DNA from: an uncultured Nitrososphaerales archaeon
Lineage (GTDB): Archaea; Thermoproteota; Nitrososphaeria; Nitrososphaerales; Nitrososphaeraceae
Direction of reading: 5' to 3'
Assembly (NCBI GenBank): GCA_963713605.1
Contig: CAVQMO010000001.1
Coordinates: 928,001-992,000 of the forward strand
DNA: 64,000 nucleotides
A model generated the notes under the pieces. It saw only the letters and a list, made by a program, of their open reading frames with translations, was not told the DNA's origin and made no database searches. A program made the translations under genes and the position numbers. Shown here piece by piece: positions 54,312 through 64,000 of the stretch (its first letter is position 1; every line of letters begins with the position of its first letter).

Positions 54312-55525
54312 ATGATAAAAATTGGGCTAATAGGCAAGACCAATACTGGTAAGACCACTTTTTTTAACTCTGCTTCCCTTTCATCTGCTGATATCTCCAA
54401 CTATCCATTTACCACGAAGGTCCCTTCAGTCGCAAATGCAAATGCGATTACATTATGCGTTCATAAAGAACTCGGCGTTAATGACAATCCACGTAATTCG
54501 CGGCTGCGTAGACGGTTGGAGGTTCATTCCGATAGAGATAGTCGACCTCCCTGGATTAATAAAAGGCGCTTGGGAAGGGAAAGGTTTAGGTAATCAATTC
54601 CTCTCTGTCGTAGCCCAATCTGACGCCCTGCTTCACATAGTCGATGTTTCAGGAAGCATTGACGCATCAGGGAGAGTGGCCGAACCGGGCACCGGAGATC
54701 CTATCGCAGATATAGCGGACATTGAAGAGGAATTAGTAATGTGGTATCTAAAGTTGTTTGAAGGAAATCGTGACAAAATTGCACGTTCGATCCATTCCGG
54801 AGTAGATAAGATGAATTCTATTACAGAAATTTTTAGAGGAATCGGAGTGAAGGAGCATCACGTGAAGGCCGCTTTATATCGAACAATATGACTGATACAA
54901 AGATTGAAGATTTTAGCTCTGAAATTACCAAGGATTTCGTTTGGTCACTACGAGAGCTCCAAAGCCGACCCTGATAGTTGCAAACAAGGTTGATCTACCG
55001 TCCTCCTCAGAAAATTTCAGAAGACTGAGAGAAGAATACAAAGATCTAATCATTGTTCCTGCGAGTGCAGATGCTGAACTAACGTTGAGGAGAGCAGAAC
55101 ACAGAGGGTTGATCAAATACATTCCTGGTGACGAACGGTTTGAAATCCTAGAGCAGACTGGATTGAATGAAAAGCAAAAATGGGCCCTCAATTTTATCAG
55201 AAGAGATATTCTTGGGGAGTATATGAGAACAGGTGTCCAATTTGCAATAAATGTTGCTGTAATGAAATTACTAAGAATGAATACTGTATATCCAGTGGCT
55301 AATCCCTCAAAGTATTCAGATAGGAACGGGCAAGTATTACCCGATGTCTATCTCATGGAGGCTGGGTCAACTGTTGAAGATCTTGCGCATACAGTTCATA
55401 GCGACTTATCTAGAGGTCTTCTCTATGCAGTGGATGCAAGAGATGGATTGAGGCTCCCTGTCAATTATCACTTGAAGGATCGCGATGTGTTATCTATCGT
55501 CTCATCGGGGAGAAAGAAAAGATGA
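54312..55525 (+). CDS. ychF: Obg-family ATPase/GTPase YchF with TGS domain, frameshifted
   Basis: GKTNTGKTT, NYPFTT, DLPGLIKGA.EG.GLGNQFL, ANKVD and the TGS segment LAHTVHSDL. Confidence 0.92.
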
Positions 55526-55606
55526 TCCATTGCCGTTTCGTTACAGCATTCCCGTTTAATTTATAAGATAAGTCTTTATCTCTATGGGCTATAGAGAACT
55601 TTAGGA

Positions 55607-55778
55607 ATGTCTGATTCAGGAATTCTCGGAGGAGTAGTCTATGAATGTATGCGCTGTGGCACACACGTAACTGTCGAAGAAGTCTGATCTAGGTTGCCAG
55701 AGATCAAATGTATCTGTGGCTTCAGAGTCTTTAGAAAGGCCAGACAACCTATAGTTAAGGCAGCTAAAAGCAGTCTAA
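55607..55778 (+). CDS. rpo12: RNA polymerase subunit Rpo12 (P), with indel errors
   Basis: VVYECMRCG...SRLPEIKCICGFRVFRKARQPIVK..LKAV. Not in the ORF track. Confidence 0.85.
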
Positions 55779-55852
55779 TTGATTTGTCTGCTTCGTTTCA
55801 AGTTTGAGTAAATGTGCATACATTTTTAGCGAGGCTCTGAGATTATATTGGT

Positions 55853-56023
55853 ATGAAAGTGAAGTGTCCAGATTGTGATGGTATAGCAGAGTTATCCGAT
55901 AATTTCAGTTTTGTGCGATGTGAAAAATGCCATTTGGACTTGACTTATGGTGAATATGTCAGGTACATTGGGAAAAAAAATCCCGTGTACAAGGACATAC
56001 TCAGCGATTACAAACTACACTAG
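55853..56023 (+). CDS. 56-aa Zn-ribbon micro-protein (not in ORF track)
   Basis: MKVKCPDCDGIAELSDNFSFVRCEKCHLDLTYGEYVRYIGKKNPVYKDILSDYKLH. Confidence 0.75.
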   Translation: MKVKCPDCDGIAELSDNFSFVRCEKCHLDLTYGEYVRYIGKKNPVYKDILSDYKLH

Positions 56024-56126
56024 TGACAGGTCTTGGTTATCAAATGATTTCCTTTTTTCCTCCCGTGCGGTCATAAATAATAATCACTTAATTCTATATG
56101 AGATCCAATTCAGCACATGTCAACTT

Positions 56127-56817
56127 TCAACTCAAACACAAAAATTGTGTTGTGTGAGAAATCTTTTTCAGACAGACCCGGAAACCTAGAGAGAGATTGT
56201 GCTGGAATGTGATTGACTTATCGAAGCTGAGCGATTCTTGTGCTTGTCTATCCTTGGTTATTACTAACAAATCTATCCCGTCGCCGCTTGCAGAATCTCT
56301 CTGTATCGAAGACCTGATTGCCTTTAATGCAAGATCCTTCGATTGTTCACGCGTAATACTAGATTTGTATTCAGAGTCAAGGACACCTAATGCCATTTCT
56401 GCTCCAGTTCCCACTGAAGCATAATCATCTGGAAGGACCGAGCCCAGAGGGTCTAATGTATAGATTTTAGATTTTGTGTCTACCCCTCCCACAATAACCT
56501 GTGTTAGAAGCGGGAAAAACCTGCGTTCAAACATTATGACAGACATTAGTTTCGCTATCGAATTAGTCGCTACATTCCGCCTTGTTTCAAGCTTGCGAAT
56601 TTTTGCTAAAGCCTCAACTTGTCTGACCAATACTTGCATATCTGCTATCATACCTGCGCATGCAGCTCCAACACTGTCTGTGACAGGAAAAATTTTCCTT
56701 GTTTGTTTATTAATAACGAAATTCCCGTAGGAGACACGTTTTTCAGCAGCTGAAGGTAACGCCGTCAGCGAACGATATTCCTACTGCTGTTGCCCCCGGC
56801 ATAAATTGAAAAGCCAT
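56127..56817 (-). CDS. psmB: proteasome beta subunit (Ala at the Thr1 position), frameshift near 56755; true 3' end may be shorter
   Basis: MAFQFMPGATAVGI, AAEKRVSYG, AGMIADMQ, DPLGS, GTGAEMALG and RDSASGDG. Confidence 0.92.
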
Positions 56818-56896
56818 TTATTTCGTGATTATATCCGACTGTAGTTAGATTTAGTCCTTTCTATCGAAGTGATTTGTTCTAGATATCTTGGTATCC

Positions 56897-58631
56897 CTAT
56901 CTCTTAGTAACTGAGTGGTCGTGTATCCTGATCGCTTCAGCGATTAACCTATTCTGCAATTCTAATGCCTCTTTTGCCTCAGGATGCTTCGCTTCAGCGA
57001 GAGCCTCAGCAACAATCCTTATTATATGTCGTAAGAGAAATTCATCGCCTCTTTTGGCCTCTGATTCGATATGCTGAGTTAGCCTTGTTAACAAAAACGA
57101 CGTTCTCGCTTCTAAAGCTGTATCTTGAATCGGTTTCATCCTCGTAAGGAATTACTTTATATCCAACTTTTTTCAAGGCGAATGTTTTCCTAATGATAGG
57201 TTTTCTGATCCTCTTTATCGTGGATAATCCAGTTGAGGTCTGAAATTTGTCGTCATTTTCAGGCGATGTCTCGAGTAGCGAATCGTAATTCATGCCAAAC
57301 CTGGAAGATGTACCTGAGCCTAGTTCTATGTCGTTTATCCCTTTGGTGCCAACTTCAACAGCCATAGGATTCTCTCTTTGATCGGAGACCGAGTCAGAGT
57401 CTACTACCGTCGAGGCCAGATTCCGCGTCCTTACGATTCTCATTAGGATATTGACGCTGAATTGTCGAATAATTATTTTGACTGGGCGAACCAGTTTCAC
57501 TACTTGTAGAAATCCTGCCGCCTGTAGTAACTTCCAAACTATCGCCAGTTTTGGCCTCCTCTTTGACATCGACTAACTGAAATCCTTCAATTTCCTCTTC
57601 TCCTTCCAAGTTCTCAAACAAGGCTTGCCCTAATGCTTTATCAATTTCCTTGTAAATCTTCGATTCCTCTCTAGTAATCAAGACATCTTCGTATTCGGAC
57701 AAACTAGGGATTACGGTCTCCTTCATGAACTGCTTCATTGTACTGTAAAAAGCGTGGTATTCATCATCCTCAATTAACGCAGATTTGTCTGCAAAACGAG
57801 ATGTCAGAGTATCACACCTAACAAATCCAGTTACCTTGCCCAACCTTGAATCAAGATCAAACGTAGTGCGAGTAACTATGTGATTTCGTATCATGATTCC
57901 AATCCCTCTTTCTTCTTCTGATAGAGGCCTTCTCGCAATGATAATTTCGCCTACAATCCGGGGTGACTCAATATTGACAGAGATTCTGTGACCTTGAATG
58001 TCAGGGGGGCTGATCATCTGAGCCCCAGCAAGATCCCATTCCTTAAAACTGTTGGCGCCTTTCCAATATACCTCAAATAGGGGGTAGCGAAGAATAGCCA
58101 ACTTTCTGATTTCCTTGATTAGTTTAATTGGATTCGATGTTCACCTTAGAATTGCTTAAAGTCAATTCCGTGCCATTGCGGACCAGGAGCGGTTCATTAA
58201 GCTCTTTCAGTTTAGAGTTTCCCTTGTACAGGTCATCAAGTGATGAAGAATCAATCAGGATTGATTTTCTGAATCCATCCCTCTTTGTTCGCATTTTCAT
58301 GCTATCGAAGGACGTCAAGAAGGATAGACGACCAGTGCCATACCTGCCAGTCCTGGTTCTCTTCAATCTCGGAGAAATAAAATCATTCTTCTTGTGAGGA
58401 GAGCCTAGAACAAGAAATTTATCCATTCCATCTTCGTCCATGCCGGCATCATCTTCAATCACGATGGCACCGTCACTGACAATAGTTATTAGTACCCTTG
58501 GTTGCATCCTCGTCAAATGCGTTTTCGATCATTTCTTTTATAATATCATTTGGAGAGACCCAAGTTTTGGTTGCAAATTCTTTGAAGAAAGATGGATGCA
58601 CCTTAAGTTCCACTGTCATTTCTTGTATCAT
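56897..58631 (-). CDS. GHKL (Hsp90/MORC-like) ATPase, ~575 aa after joining five ORF pieces
   Basis: IIKEMIENAFD (motif I), IEDDAGM (II), GRYGTGRLS (III) and NGTELTL (IV), followed by an S5-like region. ATG at 58631 preceded by AAGGGGAG. Confidence 0.8.
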
Positions 58632-58758
58632 GTACTGGTTCTCCCCTTTATCTATTGCGTAAAATCCCGAATACATTCAGAACGATATCGGATTTCACTA
58701 AAGGTTTGAGAATCTGCAGGAATAATTACAATGTTTATCGAACTTTTAATAATTCAGG

Positions 58759-59328
58759 TCATATTCTTAGTGGAATGATTTTACCAGTATCTATAATTTT
58801 TATTAGGTTTTCCTCAAGTAAATCGAACTTAATCCTGTAGTACTCACCTTTGGCTGACTCGATTTTGTCATGAGCCCTCCTCAAGATACCAATACACGTT
58901 TCGTCTTCGCCTTTCTGAAAATGGACGAAGGCCGCGGCAACTAAAATGACTCCATTAAGTAACCTTTTCTCTTCGCCTTCTGATTGCTTCCAAATGTTTT
59001 CAAGCACTTCGTGGCACCTCCAATATCTCTCATTGTTAAAGAGGTCTCGTGCTTTCTCAATCGCCACTTCTCTAGTGAAATCTTCCTCCTTTATTATTTC
59101 GTAACTATCGAATTCACCAATTGGTGAAAGAGCATTACTAACAATTCGATCTAACACTTCTTGCTCAAAAACACTCACGTCAAACTCAATGAATCGCCGT
59201 GCTATTCTAACATCTCTTATGATAATATTACCAGACTTTGGGATGTTTCTCCTCGCCTCTAGTAGTACTGCCGGCGCATCAGATGGCCTGAACTTTTGGT
59301 TTTTCAGATAAAGAAGATATCTCTTCAT
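58759..59328 (-). CDS. DUF309-domain protein with N-terminal extension
   Basis: LFNNERYWRCHEVLENIW and G.IL.AAA..H. Confidence 0.85.
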   Translation of the reverse strand: MKRYLLYLKNQKFRPSDAPAVLLEARRNIPKSGNIIIRDVRIARRFIEFDVSVFEQEVLDRIVSNALSPIGEFDSYEIIKEEDFTREVAIEKARDLFNNERYWRCHEVLENIWKQSEGEEKRLLNGVILVAAAFVHFQKGEDETCIGILRRAHDKIESAKGEYYRIKFDLLEENLIKIIDTGKIIPLRI

Positions 59329-59417
59329 TATTACCTTGGAAATTGAAGATCTACTATAAATTCATGAAGAACGCTCAGTCTGTGAATGCAATGTAGTTTC
59401 TCTTCAAAACCAGAATT

Positions 59418-60240
59418 TTACTCCAGCAGCGAGAAGACAAATGGGGTATCAATGGATTGCTCATTGGTCCACATCGTCGGCAATGTAAGACAATCCAATA
59501 TGCTTAATCTGTGTTCAGCAATAAAGTGACCCCAGCCATATATGCTACGATCCCTTGAATACCGTTTCATCGTATGACTGCCCATTAATGCCAAACCTAA
59601 ACTGGAAGAAGATAAAAATTCATTCTGAATCATATTCCCTATTACTGCTTCGGCAAGAATCTCTCCATGTTCTGGCAGTCCTGAAATCAGGAACATCGGT
59701 TTTGATAAATTCATCCCTTCGAATTTAGCCTTGCAGGCATCGCTGTTTATAATCTCGAATTCGACCCCGGTCGAGCTGAATTATTCGCCGTTGCAGATCT
59801 ACCAGATTAGCATCCAACTCAACGCTTATTCCGCGCAATCCAACGATTGCTCCACAATACGGAATGCGGGCGTCTCCCGATCCTATGTCTATTATTTCGC
59901 TAAAACCCAATAACTTGGCCCTAAGACAAATGATTAATGAAGAAATCAACCACGTTGGGTAAAAAGGCTGATAACAGGCATCATATTTCTTACTGCTTAA
60001 CCAGTATTCTATTACTTCGCACGAAAACACCTTGCACCTGCAATTCTGGATTTTAATTTCTTTCTGACCATGGAAAATTGGGTTTTGGCAGGCAAATTCG
60101 TTGAGCTTTGAAATGGGGAAGTCATCCTTTCCCTCGATACTCAAACAATCCAATGGCAAGATTTCATAAGAAGAACCCATAAAATCACGGCTCTTAGTGT
60201 AGACCCTTTTGAGTCCCGAAACTAAACTGGCCAAATCACG
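59418..60240 (-). CDS. putative class I SAM-dependent methyltransferase, frameshift near 59740; start approximate
   Basis: FYPT, IIDIGSGDARI and SVELD. Confidence 0.65.
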
Positions 60241-60256
60241 CAGGTACAAAAGGCAG

Positions 60257-60430
60257 TCAATACACCGACTCAGCGCTAGGCCGAAGAGATCTACGGTATG
60301 ACTTGTGCCCACATGTTATGCATCTATAAGCACTTTTCCTTCTGTATGTGATAATTGCATCTTCGTCAGCGATCAAAACATGTTCAGACTTTGCCATACA
60401 GCGATCACAGAATCTCCTCTCTGTTTCCAT
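60257..60430 (-). CDS. 57-aa basic Zn-ribbon micro-protein (not in ORF track)
   Basis: METERRFCDRCMAKSEHVLIADEDAIITYRRKSAYRCITCGHKSYRRSLRPSAESVY. Confidence 0.75.
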   Translation of the reverse strand: METERRFCDRCMAKSEHVLIADEDAIITYRRKSAYRCITCGHKSYRRSLRPSAESVY

Positions 60431-60528
60431 AGTTAGAAAGTATAACTATTGAATCTCAACAAAAATATGAATGTATATTTAATCGAAAGCTGTCAAGTTT
60501 TCGCCCTGCGAATAACAGTTGAATTAAA

Positions 60529-61455
60529 TCATTGTATCGTCTTATCTTTGAGAAGAAGCGGTATCTCTGCGGGAGTTTTAGCCACGGGAATGCCTAATCG
60601 AGCGAAGCTCTCAAATTTGGACTCTGCTGAACCGTACTTCCCGTACACTATTGCCCCTGCATGACCCATCTTCTTCTCCTTCGGCGCTGATCTACCAGCG
60701 ATATATGCTACCATGCGACTTGAGATGCCATTGGCTTCTAAATAGCTTACAAATTTCTCTTCCGCATCTCCTCCAATCTCTCCTACAATCACTATGGGAT
60801 CATTGCTATCAGTAGTCCTTACCATTTCGATTGCTTCAATTAAACTGGTACCATTGATCGGATCGCCGCCTATTCCAAGGCAGATTTTTTGTCCAAAACC
60901 ATTCCTCGACAGATTGAAAGCAACTTCATACATAAGGGTGCCACTCCTTGAGAAAACGATCGTTTTACCGGGAGTAAAAGGATCGGCAGGCATTATGCCT
61001 ATCTTGATCGTTGCCGGAACGATGATCCCTGGCGTGTTTGGACCGACGATTCTTGCCCCTCTCTCTTTAGCATATTCAATTACTTTCATAGAATCTCTTA
61101 TGGGCACGTGCTCCGGGATTGCTACAATTAATTTGATTCCATTTTCCAGAGATTCCATTGCGGCGTTGAGGAAGTGAGGAGCAGGAACAAATATTACAGA
61201 TATTTTTGCATTTGTGTTTGAGACCGCTTCACTTACGGTATTGTATATAGGAACGCCTTCGAACGCTTGACCCCCTTTTCCAGGAGTTACTCCAGCCACA
61301 ATATTGGTACCTGTATCTCTCATTAACCTAGTATGAACAGATCCAAAACTACCTGTGATGCCTTGCACTAACACAGGTTGCCTCTTGTAGTCTAAATCAC
61401 CGATATTCCCAACAAGAATCTTCATTAAGTCATAATCATATGTTTGGCGGGTCAT
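60529..61455 (-). CDS. sucD: succinyl-CoA synthetase alpha subunit
   Basis: VQGITG, GVTPGKGG, GPNTPG, SRSGTL, GEIGG and MGHAGA. Confidence 0.96.
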   Translation of the reverse strand: MTRQTYDYDLMKILVGNIGDLDYKRQPVLVQGITGSFGSVHTRLMRDTGTNIVAGVTPGKGGQAFEGVPIYNTVSEAVSNTNAKISVIFVPAPHFLNAAMESLENGIKLIVAIPEHVPIRDSMKVIEYAKERGARIVGPNTPGIIVPATIKIGIMPADPFTPGKTIVFSRSGTLMYEVAFNLSRNGFGQKICLGIGGDPINGTSLIEAIEMVRTTDSNDPIVIVGEIGGDAEEKFVSYLEANGISSRMVAYIAGRSAPKEKKMGHAGAIVYGKYGSAESKFESFARLGIPVAKTPAEIPLLLKDKTIQ

Positions 61456-62582
61456 AGTATTGCCTTTCGTTCCTGGGACTTTGTTCCCTGCACGGCGGCA
61501 TGGATTGCATCCTCGATCCTATCAAACAAATGAGCCTTTGAGTCGTTGAGTATTTCATTTGCCTTAAGTGATTCCGCTCCTGAAATTCTGGCGAATAAGG
61601 GTACCGTAATCAAGTTGTTTGAATAAGCCCTTAGAATACCTTCGGCAACCAGATCTGTACGGACAATGCCTCCAAATAAATTAACAACAATTGTTTGTAC
61701 CGTCTTGACTCTACTGATAACTGTAAGTGCTTGATAAATCGTCTCAGAGGTTGCACTACCACCAAAATCCAGGAACGCACCAGCATTTCCTCCCGCGTCA
61801 GATACCATATCAAGCGTCGACATGACTAGTCCAGCACCATTACCAATAATTGCGATATTTCCCTGAAGTTGCACAAATGAAAATCCATTCTTTTTAGCAA
61901 GAGATTCCAGTTCAGTTGCTTCCTCATATTTGATCAACTCAGGGTGACGGAACAAAGCATTGTCATCAATGATGACCTTTGAGTCCAAGGCAACAATCGA
62001 GCCATTCATTAAAAGGGCAGCTGGATTCACTTCTACTAGTTCAGCCTCCTTTTCGCAAAGTAATCTATAAAGGCTCTGTACAAATTCAACAAATTTCTGA
62101 CGATTATCGCTACCTAAACCGGCCGCTCCAGCAATTCTAGTAGCAATATCTTCAACGTCATCCTCGGAAGTAACATCCAAAATAAATCGATTTTCTGCCG
62201 ACTCTATGTCCATTCCTCCAGCGGCCGATACTATCAGAGAAAAGCACCTGGCACTACGATTGAGGAATAGGGACACATACAACTCTTTGGAAATGTCTAT
62301 CACTTCTTCGATTAAAAGGCCCCTAGGGGATTCTCCATCAATTTTCTTATTTTGAAGGACAGTAAATTGATTTTCAACTTCATCCATATTTTGGCATTTC
62401 TTAATGGCGCCCGCCTTTCCTCGACCTCCTACCGGGACCTGTGACTTTAATACTATCGGAAATGCAAGTTCATTGTTAAGAAGCAAGCGAGCTTCCTGGA
62501 TTGAAAAAGCCACACGGGATTTGGGGATTGGGATCCCAAATTCCTTAAAAAGCTCTTTCCCTTGATACTCTAGTAGCCTCAT
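61452..62582 (-). CDS. sucC: succinyl-CoA synthetase beta subunit
   Basis: LLEYQGK, GGRGKAG, EVNP, DDNALFRH, NGAGL.M.T.D and FGGIVR. Confidence 0.96.
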   Translation of the reverse strand: MRLLEYQGKELFKEFGIPIPKSRVAFSIQEARLLLNNELAFPIVLKSQVPVGGRGKAGAIKKCQNMDEVENQFTVLQNKKIDGESPRGLLIEEVIDISKELYVSLFLNRSARCFSLIVSAAGGMDIESAENRFILDVTSEDDVEDIATRIAGAAGLGSDNRQKFVEFVQSLYRLLCEKEAELVEVNPAALLMNGSIVALDSKVIIDDNALFRHPELIKYEEATELESLAKKNGFSFVQLQGNIAIIGNGAGLVMSTLDMVSDAGGNAGAFLDFGGSATSETIYQALTVISRVKTVQTIVVNLFGGIVRTDLVAEGILRAYSNNLITVPLFARISGAESLKANEILNDSKAHLFDRIEDAIHAAVQGTKSQERKAIL

Positions 62583-62733
62583 CCCTAGAAAAAAATAATT
62601 AGCTTATTTATAATTCTATTCAATTTTGTTATTAAACACTCTAAATAATGTAAAAGAACTACAAACTCACCAGATTTTTGTTAAGACAGTCCAGATTGGG
62701 ACCCACCAGTTTTAAAATTTATATATGTAGTCT

Positions 62734-62919
62734 ATGGAAACTGAAAATATGGTAGAGAAAATGACTGCTGTTTGGCTAATCTTATTGACAATGATTGTAT
62801 GTGGAGCGGTTCCAACTCTAATGATATTTCTTACAACCATACCTAGCTCGGAAATGTCTCTTTATTTCTATCCGATTTCAAGTGGTGTGCCAGCGTTCTA
62901 CCTGCAATCAGTGTATTGA
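62734..62919 (+). CDS. possible small hydrophobic membrane protein
   Basis: 61-aa ORF with a long hydrophobic stretch. A TTTATATA element lies just upstream. Confidence 0.3.
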   Translation: METENMVEKMTAVWLILLTMIVCGAVPTLMIFLTTIPSSEMSLYFYPISSGVPAFYLQSVY

Positions 62920-63021
62920 ATGATTGAGTGTTTCTTAATTTCGGAACAAAAATCACCTGTCATGTATTATATGGTGAGCGCTTCCAAATGTATTTAACTA
63001 CGAATGGGGTAGTTTAGTTAA

Positions 63022-64000
63022 ATGGGCAATTTCCTTAGGAGGAGGACTCCGAATAGGGATCAAAGTGAAGTCTCTGCTCGCTCTAGTGAAGAGGAGCAAC
63101 TAGACATTAGAGACATTCAAAAGACTGATCAATACAAAAAAGGGATTTCGCATATGTCTGACGACAAAATGGAAGATGCGATTCGAGATTTTGATTTGGC
63201 GTTACGTTTAGACCCCAATTATGTTGACGCGTGGATCAAGAAAGGTTATGCTCATTTTCATTTGGACGAGTTTACAACGGCTATTTCATGTTACGATAAA
63301 GCTCTCGATATCGACATTAACAATGCAGAAGCTTGGAACCTCAAGGGACTATCGTTCTACAGGTTGAAAAATTATGAAAAAGCAATACAAGCTTGTGAAA
63401 ATGCGATAGATTATGATCCAAACGACGGTATGGCCTGGTATAATTTGGCTTGCTATCTGGTTCTTTGCAGAAACGTAGCAGACGGATTGGAGGCGCTCAA
63501 GCGTTCTATCGAAATCGATATCTCTTTCGCAAGAAAGGCTGTTCGTGACAGGGATTTTGAATACGCAAGGGCCGAGGAAGGATTTAGGCGCATTGTCGAA
63601 GTTGTTGTTCTTGAAGCTATTAGACAAGGTTACAATTATCCTGGAAAAATAGTTTGGATCACTTCGATGGACAAAGAGGAAGTTGAATATGCTCTTGCTA
63701 GATTGACTATGAAGGGCTTGGTAGTACGGAGGGAACAAAGATATGGTTATTATCCATTTGGTAGGAAGGAAGAAGTACTACGAATTAGCAAAGACTATCG
63801 CAGAAAGAGTGGGAAGTACTAAACGAACAGGATTTCTACATAGAACTAAAACTATTTCAGCGCCTGTTCAGCAGCTGCGAGATATAAGTGAAATATTGGG
63901 GGATGCCAGAATGGCAATAGAAAAAGGAGATTTGGATGCGACTACCAATTATTTTGAGTCATTGATAAATCCGAACAAACACGGAGCAGCTATGATTGAA
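63022..64000 (+). CDS. TPR-repeat protein with probable winged-helix segment; frameshift near 63780, runs off the window
   Basis: Repeated AW..KG / A...YDKAL.IDP helices and AWYNLACY. The reading continues in another frame to the window end. Confidence 0.85.

Noticed and set aside
55684..55690. In-frame TGA in rpo12 as selenocysteine or readthrough
   Set aside because: It does not fall at a Cys position and the local sequence looks like inserted bases, so it is probably an assembly error.
143..58631. Mass pseudogenisation or genome decay
   Set aside because: The breaks hit essential genes whose motifs are otherwise intact. Sequencing indels explain this better.

Overview
Core-genome region of a soil-type ammonia-oxidising archaeon (Nitrososphaeraceae-like). 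The assignment rests on archaeal information-processing genes, 3-hydroxypropionate/4-hydroxybutyrate-cycle enzymes, F420 genes cofC/cofD and the archaeal aroA'/aroB' shikimate entry. Contents: nop5, a peptide ABC transporter, TFB, aIF1, Sec61beta, tRNA-Val(CAC), two ahcY paralogues, RNase P RNA with rRNA-maturation genes, citrate synthase, a full aromatic amino-acid cluster interrupted by an orphan DNA methyltransferase, ilvC/ilvD, the methylmalonyl-CoA mutase cluster, metG, cysS, aRF1, ychF, rpo12, a proteasome beta subunit and sucCD. About 25 genes, including essential ones, are broken by small indels. This points to an unpolished long-read assembly rather than pseudogenes. I saw no mobile element or CRISPR array and no clear-cut multi-gene novel system. 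Best leads: a stand-alone MORC-like GHKL ATPase; an orphan PqqD/RRE-like gene divergent from a JAMM protease; six Cys-rich zinc-finger micro-proteins (four missed by the ORF track); a secreted Asp/Ser- and Gln/Pro-repeat protein; the duplicated SAH hydrolase; the orphan MTase; a chorismate mutase-aminotransferase fusion; and an RGG tail on Nop5.
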